DNA of 64,000 nt from a virus: positions 1 to 64,000 of the IMG/VR virus record IMGVR_UViG_3300008261_000125; one strand, written 5' to 3'. The notes under the pieces are model-generated. The model was not told where the DNA came from. It did not search any database and worked only from the letters and a program-made list of their open reading frames with translations. The translations under genes and the position numbers were made by a program. Below are positions 39,301 through 47,331 of the stretch, one piece after another (positions within the stretch are counted from its first letter, which is position 1; every line of letters begins with the position of its first letter).

Positions 39301-41192
39301 GGAGTAGCAATACTTTCAATTAACTTAGATCTTAATAAACTTTCTAGTTTATCTTCTTCATCAGTATCTTCTTGTATAATTGTTTTAGCATTATTAACTA
39401 CTTCTTTTACTTCTTGTTCTACTACTGCTGTTTCATTAGTAGGTTCAAAACTGAAATATCCATTAGCTACTAATGGTCTTTCTGTTGTAGAATCAAAAGC
39501 AATTCTGGGGATCATGTTTTGTAAAACATAATCTTTAATGTAATTAATAGGTTGTACACTTACTACACCATCTTTAATATTAAATCTTTCAATGGTTACT
39601 TTATTTTTTAAATCAGTAGAGAAGTTAGCAAATAGTTTTGCACCCAAAGTTTTTACTAGCTGTTCTTTAGCTTGTACTTTATCTGATAAATCTAACTGCT
39701 GTCCATTTAAACTAATAACAATTTCATTGTTTACTATTGAAAGATTAAATACAGATCTATCTAATTTACTAGCATAGTTATTAAAATAACTTTGTCTATC
39801 AGCTGGAGATAATGGTTTACCATTTTCATATACTAAATCATCAATCAGTACAGAAATTAAACTATCAAACAATGATCTATCACCTGCAAGAAGGTTTCTA
39901 CCTTTTAATGATATAGGTTTATCAATATTGTTTATTTTAATAGATGGTAAGTTTAATGTTTTAACAACACCTTTTACCATCATATCAGCATATGCTATTG
40001 CAATACTTTCAATTTCAGTATCTGTAAGATTAAATTGACTTAGTGTTTTTTCAACTAAAGATTTGTATTGTTTTAATTTTTCAGGATCAGTTATTTTCTT
40101 AAATGTCTCATCAGTATTTTCATGATAACCTTTTTTACCACCTGTTATATCTAACAAAATTGGTTGGTTATCCATTACAGATTTGGATATAAGATCACTT
40201 TGTTTTTTTTCTTCATTAACCATTTGGTTAATTTTAGAAATAAGTTCATTTCTTAATCTTGAGTATTCAAGAGGATCATTTTTAGATTGCTCTCTTAAAG
40301 CTGTCTCATTACTTTTTAATAACTCTTCTTTAAGTGCTTTAACTTTAGCATCAGAAGAGTCTTTCATATAGAAGTAAACTATTTTACCATCTTCTTTAGA
40401 TGTAATCTCACCTTTACTATTAAAGTATAAAAACTCACCTTTGTTATTAGTTAATGCTAGAATTATTCTCTTAGAACTTAAAGTAGCTCCAGGATATATA
40501 TTTTTTTCTAAATCAGGTAATGTATTTTCTACTATTGGTTTTAATTTAAAACCTTTATGTCCACTATATTCTACATTAGAGTAATTAGCATTATCAGTTG
40601 TATTAGCTTCTAATACTTTAGTTAATACATTATAGTAAAAGTTTTTACCAGCATTTGTTTTAGTAAATATAGGAAGACCTGATACTTCTTCTAACTGTTG
40701 ACCTGTTGAGTTTTGTAAAGATAAACTAGTTAATATTTTATTAAGAACTAATTCTAATATTTGATTTTCATTAGATACTTCAGACTGAGTTTCAGGAGTG
40801 GTAACACTATTTTCTAATATGACTTTCATACTAGTTTTAGTACCAACTTTAATGTAATTAGCAATTTCTTTTAAAGGATCCTCTGACTTATTAACTAATA
40901 ACTCAAAATTTCTTACAGCTTTTAAATCAAAGTTTTTGTCTATTAACTGAGTTAGTAATTTAGGATTGTCTTCAATAACTTGAAAAAACACTGTAGGAAT
41001 AACTGCTGCTATTCCTAAAGACTTAGCTTGGTCTTTGTTTTTCTCATAAGCAACATAATAAACATCTCTTACTACTTCTAATATTTTAAAAGGTTTATCA
41101 GGAGTCTTTAAGTTGTTTAAAATCTTATTGTAGACCTGATTAGCAAGAACTTTAGCTAATTCTTTATTTTCATCTAAATTACAAATACTCAT
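30330..41192 (-). CDS. virion-packaged crAss-like DNA-dependent RNA polymerase with zincin, NADAR and ASCH domains
   Basis: About 3620 aa; DGQGWISFDSYR, STQLRK, RIPTQ...FLP...GD and SQLMNGAVDVGKD; YHEAWH (39102-39116); C-terminal NADAR and ASCH domains; catalytic DxDxD not found. Confidence 0.8.
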   Translation of the reverse strand: MSICNLDENKELAKVLANQVYNKILNNLKTPDKPFKILEVVRDVYYVAYEKNKDQAKSLGIAAVIPTVFFQVIEDNPKLLTQLIDKNFDLKAVRNFELLVNKSEDPLKEIANYIKVGTKTSMKVILENSVTTPETQSEVSNENQILELVLNKILTSLSLQNSTGQQLEEVSGLPIFTKTNAGKNFYYNVLTKVLEANTTDNANYSNVEYSGHKGFKLKPIVENTLPDLEKNIYPGATLSSKRIILALTNNKGEFLYFNSKGEITSKEDGKIVYFYMKDSSDAKVKALKEELLKSNETALREQSKNDPLEYSRLRNELISKINQMVNEEKKQSDLISKSVMDNQPILLDITGGKKGYHENTDETFKKITDPEKLKQYKSLVEKTLSQFNLTDTEIESIAIAYADMMVKGVVKTLNLPSIKINNIDKPISLKGRNLLAGDRSLFDSLISVLIDDLVYENGKPLSPADRQSYFNNYASKLDRSVFNLSIVNNEIVISLNGQQLDLSDKVQAKEQLVKTLGAKLFANFSTDLKNKVTIERFNIKDGVVSVQPINYIKDYVLQNMIPRIAFDSTTERPLVANGYFSFEPTNETAVVEQEVKEVVNNAKTIIQEDTDEEDKLESLLRSKLIESIATPEQKAKAKTWWEKSALSKAKDSNGKPLITLKEAFNLVNSDAWASFSNATITLFAGSDYTHNYHEAWHAFSQIYLSKADRNKLYEAVGQLPGTFTVTRKNESNNIQTVKVEFTEASRKELEEFIAEEFRVYAMNNGKFKTENEKSNIFSRIFDRVWKFLKTLFKGTTDINVYSNPGSQGILSEMFNQLYTAESPEQLNMYTPSMDNAEFGVLNSGIIAKDGTVIFTPVEASLLVKSMDGIISDITTGYLLKGKYDAAANILKGQERLTLLYNSAIKKKLASRLDVLRKEFEADYAKDKNNKTKWDKIERKYKRNNVLLLIKALDNYGDATNSLNGKGDKLDLITYHLQNSSFNEMIDENYESPLSKSGREGGNETESYELATADCTYILKTLLKQEVVNGERVNILNSLGFPEPINHKQFFNNLIDKVGGEKRVDELYKKLASVKNTSPLFAQLLEKLGDPTVVMGADKGAGASKIWMGVFRSLNLEREDLVTSKFKEETIDNQTQVSFVVGKVSADHSAIKNKVWPAKFSTESGPFVTVNANKENTLNLSKVVKEFLTSSAIGKEGITKYFIKDESLKIPFLNAIGMYLEDNYDVRKAINDDTTKAFDYIVNAIGLAEANKDILAKRNLLPITNIVNFLGQKHNKIKIELATGEFIEGAIDNQASNVNTLAKIDAEFSTENISRMKLTAEKSKKSAFSLNTTLTQIVYALKKAGSLDELKSGAYSYVPHLVKENNPHVIGSVIMNSLFDTTGKRNNLNGIELVDLTGSQYEDLSDDSNGVSHGSMTKVDKFITDFASMLKDGYIEAVRHGEKSTYTGVKVKRLNTYSLKKNNHLYVDTQAFLKDINGNYLLGYNPFDKVMDIMIPKLEGELRRIQKIKDNKEYYSKAKDFYEKGIKFDYFDDILNTKDGELKNKLINEYASQLNDETTLNSLLNKNLELRKEIEKEIINYFETSKKSLEVNNYNKVFGNNVPNFLRSIAEEHLTEGQVATTDSIKDALLYSFAINSSLHANEVILLELGDGFQFNHINDESLKRVPTYNSSGLIFPTDELAKLFINTHVKRPYEDSLVKSGKLVRRDPNQTESRLYTGKGNKAIIKESKVDSIYLDDYAEMFRHWLKEKKYQGDINEALYGKGGSETNITGGLLQPYTGIKDGDGQGWISFDSYRILKNLENSWTEQQEAAYQKELRGESLTPEELTDLFPVYKLQYAGPLVTELKNYPIQSIDKFSLLPLIPSVIKGLPLEKMHLAMMAQNIDYALFDSGAKRSYLRADDKTNGDSIYEGDTSNIKEYQDINFTPNPIYFEYLKNQTEVNKYFKGKSVLSTQLRKVFNVGLFDNGVPIDYKGTKEEWNSLTKAEKLKNSNAYKNTQQVYKQLKRLTEYMRKDLLEEMGWTEVNGLPEGNIDDMITYVVDILKSQGYSDHEIDFVQYSSNKKIDLSLSPQAARLEKLLMSVINNRLIKLKIKGEPLVQVSSALTQSFKKPTIEQTKEYDDFGTNGLSGYIVSTNGSKETIGAKVKVALTDNYQNLFSTNYYVNGKKTTDKVAVYVKNPDTESEIKYVLDYDASFIRLNEMIKNEAWLKENENSIRMTGVRIPTQGPNSVEFVQIHEFLPASAGDTYKTPEELDAKIQELKTKLKDLKADKLTIKEDLDDFRNSIKKESKHKRLVKEKFFAYTTYNNEELLKTLSNPKEQEFIKKNLPESYQILSKQIKGFDSEKYPEIENLITELISKDSELSRAYNELSNLKEHKRNFTAAIQNKFIDNIIGVMEMPEMAFSLMQPNDTHLTKPLSNTLKKDIQKADNEVDHTKSIKTGESTPGGGVSPTKMTEYAYNLKKQQDNITGKNILGLITLHNTFANMLTMAGAKMNYSFEVENPYYSDSEVLSPVKVPIKLRLNYNKTKEIDSKTLKEIEVISLSNKTDAEKINNIADILSQLMNGAVDVGKDAWISYLQGNMEVIPKTLFLLQAGVPIEDIAYFVSNPMIRKYVESKINYKSPLAKIIYGPKHRNTTTSAKNKARKELLKGVMVDLDGNQLKNNIAGFYKILNTRYKDVSFSKESLKEVAKQSFKFNKEQIAGLLQYFYIEDLIEEFDNLKGYLNVDTESAVDNFAAQAKIHDIEKIDKFKTLDSSLKVHFKEESAISSFFIQEFSRALFGKNLFATRDNDLVNKFLIKTLENPIERAILKQETGLDEETFINRFKNALSLYIFTNVLKQYKQGASEYKQTPISELLNENSPVKSIEQLRSDFANENHLSSSKSDEAYLRRGLFYIHPSAFNQNDVESFIEFSLEREYLRKIKSLESLLGTKEFQSAKNRLVNSGVSLFVKREGESQEDYTNRLNKIVYEYVLMHEALSNTYNNYELFRSGEHTTARKLISIIESYPELKLQFDLVRQFSASSISSKKNHMSRTNFKIKNLTELDENLSEEYYNEWLKLANPKEMKVSEKTANRAQANAYISEFFAQLPMIAFLQSGMDSSEFSLNSIMPYDRYRPVMEKASEAFYTFLNKNESKANMVLEGFYEFFKQNNQTENNRLKGRGISYKRSVNQLIADATGKDTYLFDKPYVSKIDDGVYVISQSYEDPSTNQIKSLPAGELQMLKQGNPDIIFILNDNDLQVNLNISTETELEQAKADIDTAINKIKESGKIIVLSDKGFGKSTQPQVTVSKGVEISSNAKGLAGALTNPTELSKSKGNITKSYPVEFRGKTYKDAEAAYQALKSTATKDDGPNSTYNLMVDIITAKLQQHPRLVTEINKQGGSAWILSSTHQPTSKNTVWETNGRNWFIETLNDAYSSVSQPQAPVTTPNKLSGQMKMPYGKNKRSDVTSSTTFDAILKGERTATTRYSDHKAFDYWKSAKVGDIITWDSGDGRTVDVVVTKTLHPLKDSGKTAKEWSKLEGWSVDYFNNKVRLELDKAWQIEFKLATPTQAPITTKSQGTARTFEQLYNNEERTTILVALRDKYKNAYKNLSDDEIVQRINNRLMTEDRDKTIEILNKCYK

Positions 41193-41194
41193 AA

Positions 41195-44100
41195 TTAACA
41201 AATGTTATCTTGTATATCTTTTTTAAGTTCATCTTCTGATTTCTCTGTGTAAGTTATATTAACATTTTTAATAGCTGATTGATTTTGTACTGCTGTATCA
41301 ATATCCTCTTTACTATTTTGTATTCCTTGGATGTCAATTATTGATTTAATTTCATTAGGAATGTTTTCTGTTTTTACACTGATATCACCAGATAATCCTG
41401 ATAAAGATACAGAATTTTCTTTTATTTCCTTTATTATATATCTACCATTTTTCTCTGGATTATCAACTGATTCATACATAACTTCATAATTTCTGTCTTT
41501 AGCAACCTGAAGACTGTTAATGTTAATATTCTGATTTAATGTTTCTATAGTAGCTTGTTTACTCTCTGGTACTTCTACTTTAGCTTTTTCATTTTTAGGT
41601 GTACTCTCTCTTATATATGTAAGAACATTTCCATTATATAATACTTCAATTACATCAGTAGAAGGTTTGTCACCAACTGCTTTTTTAATCTTTTGTATAG
41701 TAACCTTTTCTCCAATAGGTAACTTGTTATCTTTAAAGAATTGAGTTACTCTTACTACTCTACCATCATCTAACACTACATGATATGAACTCTCATCAGC
41801 TGCATTAGGATATACACCTTTTTGAAATACACCACTAAGTTGCTCACCTGGCTTAAGTTCATCAACAATAGTTTTAAATTTCTTTTCTATTGATAACTCA
41901 TTAAATTCTCCTACAGGTTTACCTTTTAAAGCTTTTAGTTCTGCATCATATCTAGTATTGATTTTAGTTACTTTGTTACCTAAGTGAGTACTTCTGTACT
42001 TTTCACCTTTTTCTTCATATCTTCTTTGGTCAAAAGTATTGTAACCTATTTTTGGTTCTAAAGATGTTTCAACTGTTTCAATAACTTTTCCATCTTTAAC
42101 AATAGCAAGTTTTACATCTTTCCCTTTTACTTGCTCATTAGTATCATAAACATTTCCAGCAGAATCAACTACATATAACTTTTTACCATCTTGCCTATTT
42201 TGTGCAGAAAGAAAATCTTGTTCTTGTTGTACATTTTTAAACTTAACAAATACAATTAAGTCATTAGGTTCATTTTGTTCTCCAGTAGCTGTTTTAAATC
42301 TTTGTGTTCTACCATCAGGTAACACAGTATAAACACTTCCTTTAGCTGTTTCAAAACTTTCTATATCAGCTTTCTTATCAGAAACAGTACCTTCTAAAGC
42401 AGCTAGTTCTGCATCGTAATCTCTATATGCAATAGCTTCTGCTTTTCTTATTCTATTACTAGCAAGATTTTCAAATAGTTCAGAATCAGTAAATCCTTCT
42501 GAACCCATTGCTTTTCCTGTATCTGACACCACAGCTATTATCCAAGTCCATAATCCATTTTCTTTTCTTTTAGCCCTCCCAACTTTTACAGTACCATCAG
42601 ATTGTTTTTTACTTATAAGAATTTCATCTTTTCCTTCAATATCTTCAATTTGAACTGGTCCAGAAGGTTTAACTTCTACAAATTGTCTATCAGACCCGTT
42701 AAAAAGAGTTGTTTTATTTAAATTTTTTAAATCTTCTTGTCTTCTCTCTTCTATATCAGCTTTCTTAGCTTTTAAATCTGTAGTAGTTTCGGTTCCAGTT
42801 GGTACTGGAGCTGCTACTTCTAATTTAGAAGGGATGTATTTATTTACAATCTCTTTAAATTCATTATAATTAATCTTTGTTTTACTTGCTCTTGGTTCTT
42901 CTGTTAATGAGGTAATATTACCATCTAAATCTTCTTTTGTTTTAAAAGCTATAAGTTCTAAGTTAGTTACTTTTATTCCTGTAGTATTCTCTAATAAGTT
43001 TTTATATAGAGAAAGCTGTAGGGAATATTTTTCTTTCTTAGCAGACTTATCACTTTTGTTTCCAAAGTATTCCCATTTTGAACTAGTTTTCATGTCATAT
43101 ATTTTGTATTCTCCACCAGGAGTAACTACAAGTAAATCCATTTCACCAGCTATAGTTTGAGGCTTACCATTTACTTCATTAGTTGTAACACCAGATAACA
43201 CTAATCCACTAGCAACTACAACTTCATTTTGTTCAGCTAATTGTTGATCAAATTCAATTAATTTAGTTCTTAAATTGTTAAAAGCTGTCTCACTCATATT
43301 TGATGGTTTTATAAGTTCAACACCCTCAAAATAATCACGGACTAATTTATCTACAACATTACCTCTAATTGTAGTTTCTTCATAAATATATTTTTCAAAT
43401 AGCTTTTTAAAATTATCATTTGAAGTATTAGACTTAAGTTCTTCTTTAAATAGTTTTAATTTTCTACCATTAAATTGTTTATTAAATAACTCTTGAGCTT
43501 TTTGTTTAGCTTCATTATCTTTATTATCTGCTAAATCTTTTTTAATAAATTCAAATATACTGTCTACATATGCTTCTCTATTTTTAGCATTTGCTTTAAC
43601 AGTATCATCTTCTTGAGCTTTTATATAAGCATCAAGAATAGGAGCAGCAGATTTTTCAAATACAGCAAACTTGCTATAATCTGGATAATTTTCTTCTAAG
43701 ATTTGATCAATAAGTTTTGTTACTCTAGTGTCTTTCTTTTCACCATTGATAATATAATTATTATCAACTTTATCTTTATTAACTGTTCTCTTAGATAAAG
43801 CTTTAACAAGAGCTAATGCATTTTCTTGTTCAGGTGTCATTTTAATTGACAATCTGATTTTATAGTTAAGTGCTTGTTTAACTTTATTTAATTCATTTAA
43901 AACACTAGGTTCAGTTTTATATTTTTCTAAAAGCTCTTTATGTTTATTTTCAAGTTCCTTAAGTGTTAAGTTTAAATACTCTTGAAACTCAGCTGTTTTT
44001 TCATTTAGTATTTCTTTTTCTAATTGTTTTTTGAAATCATCAACAATATTTTTACCAGCTGGAAACTGTGTAGAAAATTCTTCAATAGTCATTTCATCAC

Positions 44101-47100
44101 TAATATCTCCTGCTTTAATTAAAGCATTGTATTTTTCTTCTAGTTTAGCTTTAAGTTCATCAGGGTATTCTTCATACTTAGCAGAATCAAATGATTTTAA
44201 AGTTTGTAGTTTCTCATCTTTTTTCTTTTGCTTTTCTAATTCAGCTTTTACAGTTACAATATTTAAATGCATCTCCCATAACTCTAAAGCTTTATCAAAG
44301 TCAACACCTTGAGTTACTTGTTCATTTCTAGAAGGATCTATAAAATTAGTAGGAAGTATAGGTGTTTCCCCTTTATCCAAAGCTTTTTGATATTCAGCAA
44401 TGTACTCTGCAGATAATGTTAAACCAGTTTCTTTTGTAATCTCATTTAAAGCATCATTTTTTTCTTGAAGCTTTACTAACAGATCAAACATTTTTTTTGC
44501 TTGTTCTGCTTTTTCTTTATCATGTTCAGTAATAGCTTGTTGAAGTCTATACTGTAAATTCATAAAACCTTTAGGACTGCTTAGTACATTAATACTTTCA
44601 GCTAAACCTTGTCTGTCTTTTTGAATTTGTAATCCATCTTTTAATAAAGAAAATGCTTCATCCATGTCTTTATCAAAAACTATGGTATTATTTTTTTTAC
44701 TTAAATATTTAGCATATTTAGCAAAAACCTTTTTAGCATTTTCATGTATCTTTTCTTTTTCAATAGGATCAGTTGTTTTTTCTGCAGCTAATAACTCTTC
44801 TTGAAACTGTTCTAATATTTCAATTCTTTTTTCTTTATCTCTTTTAACATCAGCTTGTTCTGGTACATTACCTAAAACTTTTACCTCATCTCTTAATAAC
44901 TTAAGTTCTTTTTCTAAACTAGGAAGAGATAATACATTCATTAAAGATTGAGAATCTTCTTTAGCAATATTACTAGACAATTTAGAAAATGAGTTATACA
45001 TTTTCTCTAGTCTTTGACCATAATGCTGAAAAGTATTAGTAGCAAATACTAAGTTTTGTTGTGCTTTTCTCCAAGCAATGGATGAATTAACAGCTGCTAA
45101 ATAAGCATCACTACCATGTTCATATTGATTTGGATTAAATGGATTTGGATAATTAGTAGCTACTTCTTCATAAGTTTCTTTAATCTTTTTAGCTCTGGCA
45201 ATAACACCATCCATTGCTTTTAAAGCTTTACCTACATCTTCTTTAGCTACACCATATTTAGCAAATGCTTCAGCTGCTTCTTCTGGAGATAAGTTTTTAT
45301 AATCTTCTAACTGATCTACAAATAAATCAAACTTACTTGTTTCTAATGCAGTCATTATATGATTATATTCAATTTCTTCTTGAGCATCTTTAGCTTCTTT
45401 ATGCTTACCTTCTTTAATAGCAGTATATAAATCATCTGATAAAGTACCATTTCTTATAACATTATGAATTTCTGGAAAAAAATGTTTTAAATTATCTTTA
45501 GAAAGCTCATTTAATATCTTAACTTGTCTATCAATAGTTTCATCTCTTTTTCTCTTTGCTTCTTCAATTTTAGATTTATCACCTGCTAGTTTAGAAAGTT
45601 TTGTAAATGACCAAGCAGGTACTGCCATAATAGGTTGAGCAAACATACCCATTAAGAAACCTCCAGCAAAAGTCTCAGCTCCTTCAGCAGAAAACTGATC
45701 TTTCATACCTTCCATAAAGTGACCCATGTAACCATGATATGCACCCATCTTAGGATCTTTAAAAACTGCAAGTGCATGATTAATTGCACCTTTAGAAATA
45801 GCTTCTTGAAGATTCTCTTGAATACCTTCAGCAAAGTTGGCTTTTAAATAGTTCATACCAACTTGACCATATATTTTAGGTTGTGCTAATGACTTAGCAG
45901 CAGCTCTAGCTTTAGAACCAAAACCTTCACCTAATTTAGCAAAGCCTTCAGTTGTAGTTGCTTTTAATGGTTTTGATGCTATGATGTCATCAAGTAATTT
46001 AACTGAGCTACCTCTACCTACCATTTTACGAATAGGTGCAAGCATTGTAGCATAAAGTAATTTATTACTAGTCATGATTGCTGGTAAGTTCCAGAAAGCA
46101 GTTCTTCTAGCTTCTTCTCCTGATAATGCTTCTATTTTTGCAAGTTCTTTTTCATCAGGCTCTTGACCAAAATGTGTTCTTTTATATTCATCAATCAATG
46201 CTTTGTTAGCATCAATTTTAACCATACCACCTTCTAACTTAGCTTCTGATACAGCAGTTTTAATACTAATAATATCATCTGCAAAAGCTCCGAATGTTTT
46301 AGTAGTCTTAATAAGATCAGTTGCATAATCAGTTTTCTCTAAAGCTTGTAATGTATTTTCAAATGGGTTTAATGTTCTTAAAGTACCCATTGCTATTTGT
46401 TTAGCCCCTAACTCACCAGCTTTTATAGAATTATAAAAGTTTCTAGCATCATTAAAACTTCTAATACCCTTAATATTATCAGTAGCTTTTTTAACAGTCT
46501 CAGCTTCTTTAGCTAATCTTCCAGCAGCAGCAGCTTTTTCAGCACCTGCTACAGCTTCACCAAAACCCATTAATTTTCTAGTTGCCATACCTGCTTTAGC
46601 AGCCATTCCTGGTAATGTAACTTCACCAGCTAAACCACCTGTAAATGCAGTAACAGCTCCTAATGCAACCTCTTCTGCTAAGAAGTCAGCAGCAATACCT
46701 ATAGTGTAAGCAGAGTTTAAGAATGTATTAGTTACAAATCCACCTATACCACCAGAACTAGAGTTACCAATAGCCATAGCTTTTTGCATTTCTCTAGCAC
46801 TTTCAATATCCGGGGCTAATGGATCTGTGAATAAAGTACCCCATGCTTTAATACCTGATTTAAAACCAGTTAATGCTAAGTTATCCCATTGTGATGCAGC
46901 TCTTACAAACTGATCACCAAATGTCATCTTACTATTATATAGTGCTTCATTATCTCTAAAGGGGGAGAATCCTAAAGTTTTAAATTGATCAGTAGAGTAA
47001 TATCTTTCAAAGTTAGCACCATCCACATCACCATTGTATGTATATGGTCTCATCTTTACATAATCACTCTTAGAAGACTGAACATTTATATCAAATAGTT

Positions 47101-47329
47101 TTGCTTCATCTTTAGGACTAACAGCAGCAGTATTAATATCACTTAGTTTTGTTTTAGGATTAGTACCAGTTATTGGATTACCTACAACATTTTTATAAAT
47201 ATTTAAACTTGCAGGTTTTGCTGAATACTCTCCTAAGTCTGTAGTAACACCTGTGGTATTAATACTAGAAAAATCTTTAGGGGAAGCTGTGTTTACTGCT
47301 TCTTCAGATGTGTTTAATTCTTCTGCCAT
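41195..47329 (-). CDS. giant ejected protein with hydrophobic segments and a RecB-like PD-(D/E)XK nuclease domain
   Basis: Gly/Ala-rich hydrophobic N-terminal helices; RGNVVD...IAGEMDLL...IYDMKT...YSLQLSLY (about 42870-43400). Confidence 0.8.
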   Translation of the reverse strand: MAEELNTSEEAVNTASPKDFSSINTTGVTTDLGEYSAKPASLNIYKNVVGNPITGTNPKTKLSDINTAAVSPKDEAKLFDINVQSSKSDYVKMRPYTYNGDVDGANFERYYSTDQFKTLGFSPFRDNEALYNSKMTFGDQFVRAASQWDNLALTGFKSGIKAWGTLFTDPLAPDIESAREMQKAMAIGNSSSGGIGGFVTNTFLNSAYTIGIAADFLAEEVALGAVTAFTGGLAGEVTLPGMAAKAGMATRKLMGFGEAVAGAEKAAAAGRLAKEAETVKKATDNIKGIRSFNDARNFYNSIKAGELGAKQIAMGTLRTLNPFENTLQALEKTDYATDLIKTTKTFGAFADDIISIKTAVSEAKLEGGMVKIDANKALIDEYKRTHFGQEPDEKELAKIEALSGEEARRTAFWNLPAIMTSNKLLYATMLAPIRKMVGRGSSVKLLDDIIASKPLKATTTEGFAKLGEGFGSKARAAAKSLAQPKIYGQVGMNYLKANFAEGIQENLQEAISKGAINHALAVFKDPKMGAYHGYMGHFMEGMKDQFSAEGAETFAGGFLMGMFAQPIMAVPAWSFTKLSKLAGDKSKIEEAKRKRDETIDRQVKILNELSKDNLKHFFPEIHNVIRNGTLSDDLYTAIKEGKHKEAKDAQEEIEYNHIMTALETSKFDLFVDQLEDYKNLSPEEAAEAFAKYGVAKEDVGKALKAMDGVIARAKKIKETYEEVATNYPNPFNPNQYEHGSDAYLAAVNSSIAWRKAQQNLVFATNTFQHYGQRLEKMYNSFSKLSSNIAKEDSQSLMNVLSLPSLEKELKLLRDEVKVLGNVPEQADVKRDKEKRIEILEQFQEELLAAEKTTDPIEKEKIHENAKKVFAKYAKYLSKKNNTIVFDKDMDEAFSLLKDGLQIQKDRQGLAESINVLSSPKGFMNLQYRLQQAITEHDKEKAEQAKKMFDLLVKLQEKNDALNEITKETGLTLSAEYIAEYQKALDKGETPILPTNFIDPSRNEQVTQGVDFDKALELWEMHLNIVTVKAELEKQKKKDEKLQTLKSFDSAKYEEYPDELKAKLEEKYNALIKAGDISDEMTIEEFSTQFPAGKNIVDDFKKQLEKEILNEKTAEFQEYLNLTLKELENKHKELLEKYKTEPSVLNELNKVKQALNYKIRLSIKMTPEQENALALVKALSKRTVNKDKVDNNYIINGEKKDTRVTKLIDQILEENYPDYSKFAVFEKSAAPILDAYIKAQEDDTVKANAKNREAYVDSIFEFIKKDLADNKDNEAKQKAQELFNKQFNGRKLKLFKEELKSNTSNDNFKKLFEKYIYEETTIRGNVVDKLVRDYFEGVELIKPSNMSETAFNNLRTKLIEFDQQLAEQNEVVVASGLVLSGVTTNEVNGKPQTIAGEMDLLVVTPGGEYKIYDMKTSSKWEYFGNKSDKSAKKEKYSLQLSLYKNLLENTTGIKVTNLELIAFKTKEDLDGNITSLTEEPRASKTKINYNEFKEIVNKYIPSKLEVAAPVPTGTETTTDLKAKKADIEERRQEDLKNLNKTTLFNGSDRQFVEVKPSGPVQIEDIEGKDEILISKKQSDGTVKVGRAKRKENGLWTWIIAVVSDTGKAMGSEGFTDSELFENLASNRIRKAEAIAYRDYDAELAALEGTVSDKKADIESFETAKGSVYTVLPDGRTQRFKTATGEQNEPNDLIVFVKFKNVQQEQDFLSAQNRQDGKKLYVVDSAGNVYDTNEQVKGKDVKLAIVKDGKVIETVETSLEPKIGYNTFDQRRYEEKGEKYRSTHLGNKVTKINTRYDAELKALKGKPVGEFNELSIEKKFKTIVDELKPGEQLSGVFQKGVYPNAADESSYHVVLDDGRVVRVTQFFKDNKLPIGEKVTIQKIKKAVGDKPSTDVIEVLYNGNVLTYIRESTPKNEKAKVEVPESKQATIETLNQNININSLQVAKDRNYEVMYESVDNPEKNGRYIIKEIKENSVSLSGLSGDISVKTENIPNEIKSIIDIQGIQNSKEDIDTAVQNQSAIKNVNITYTEKSEDELKKDIQDNIC

Positions 47330-47331
47330 AA

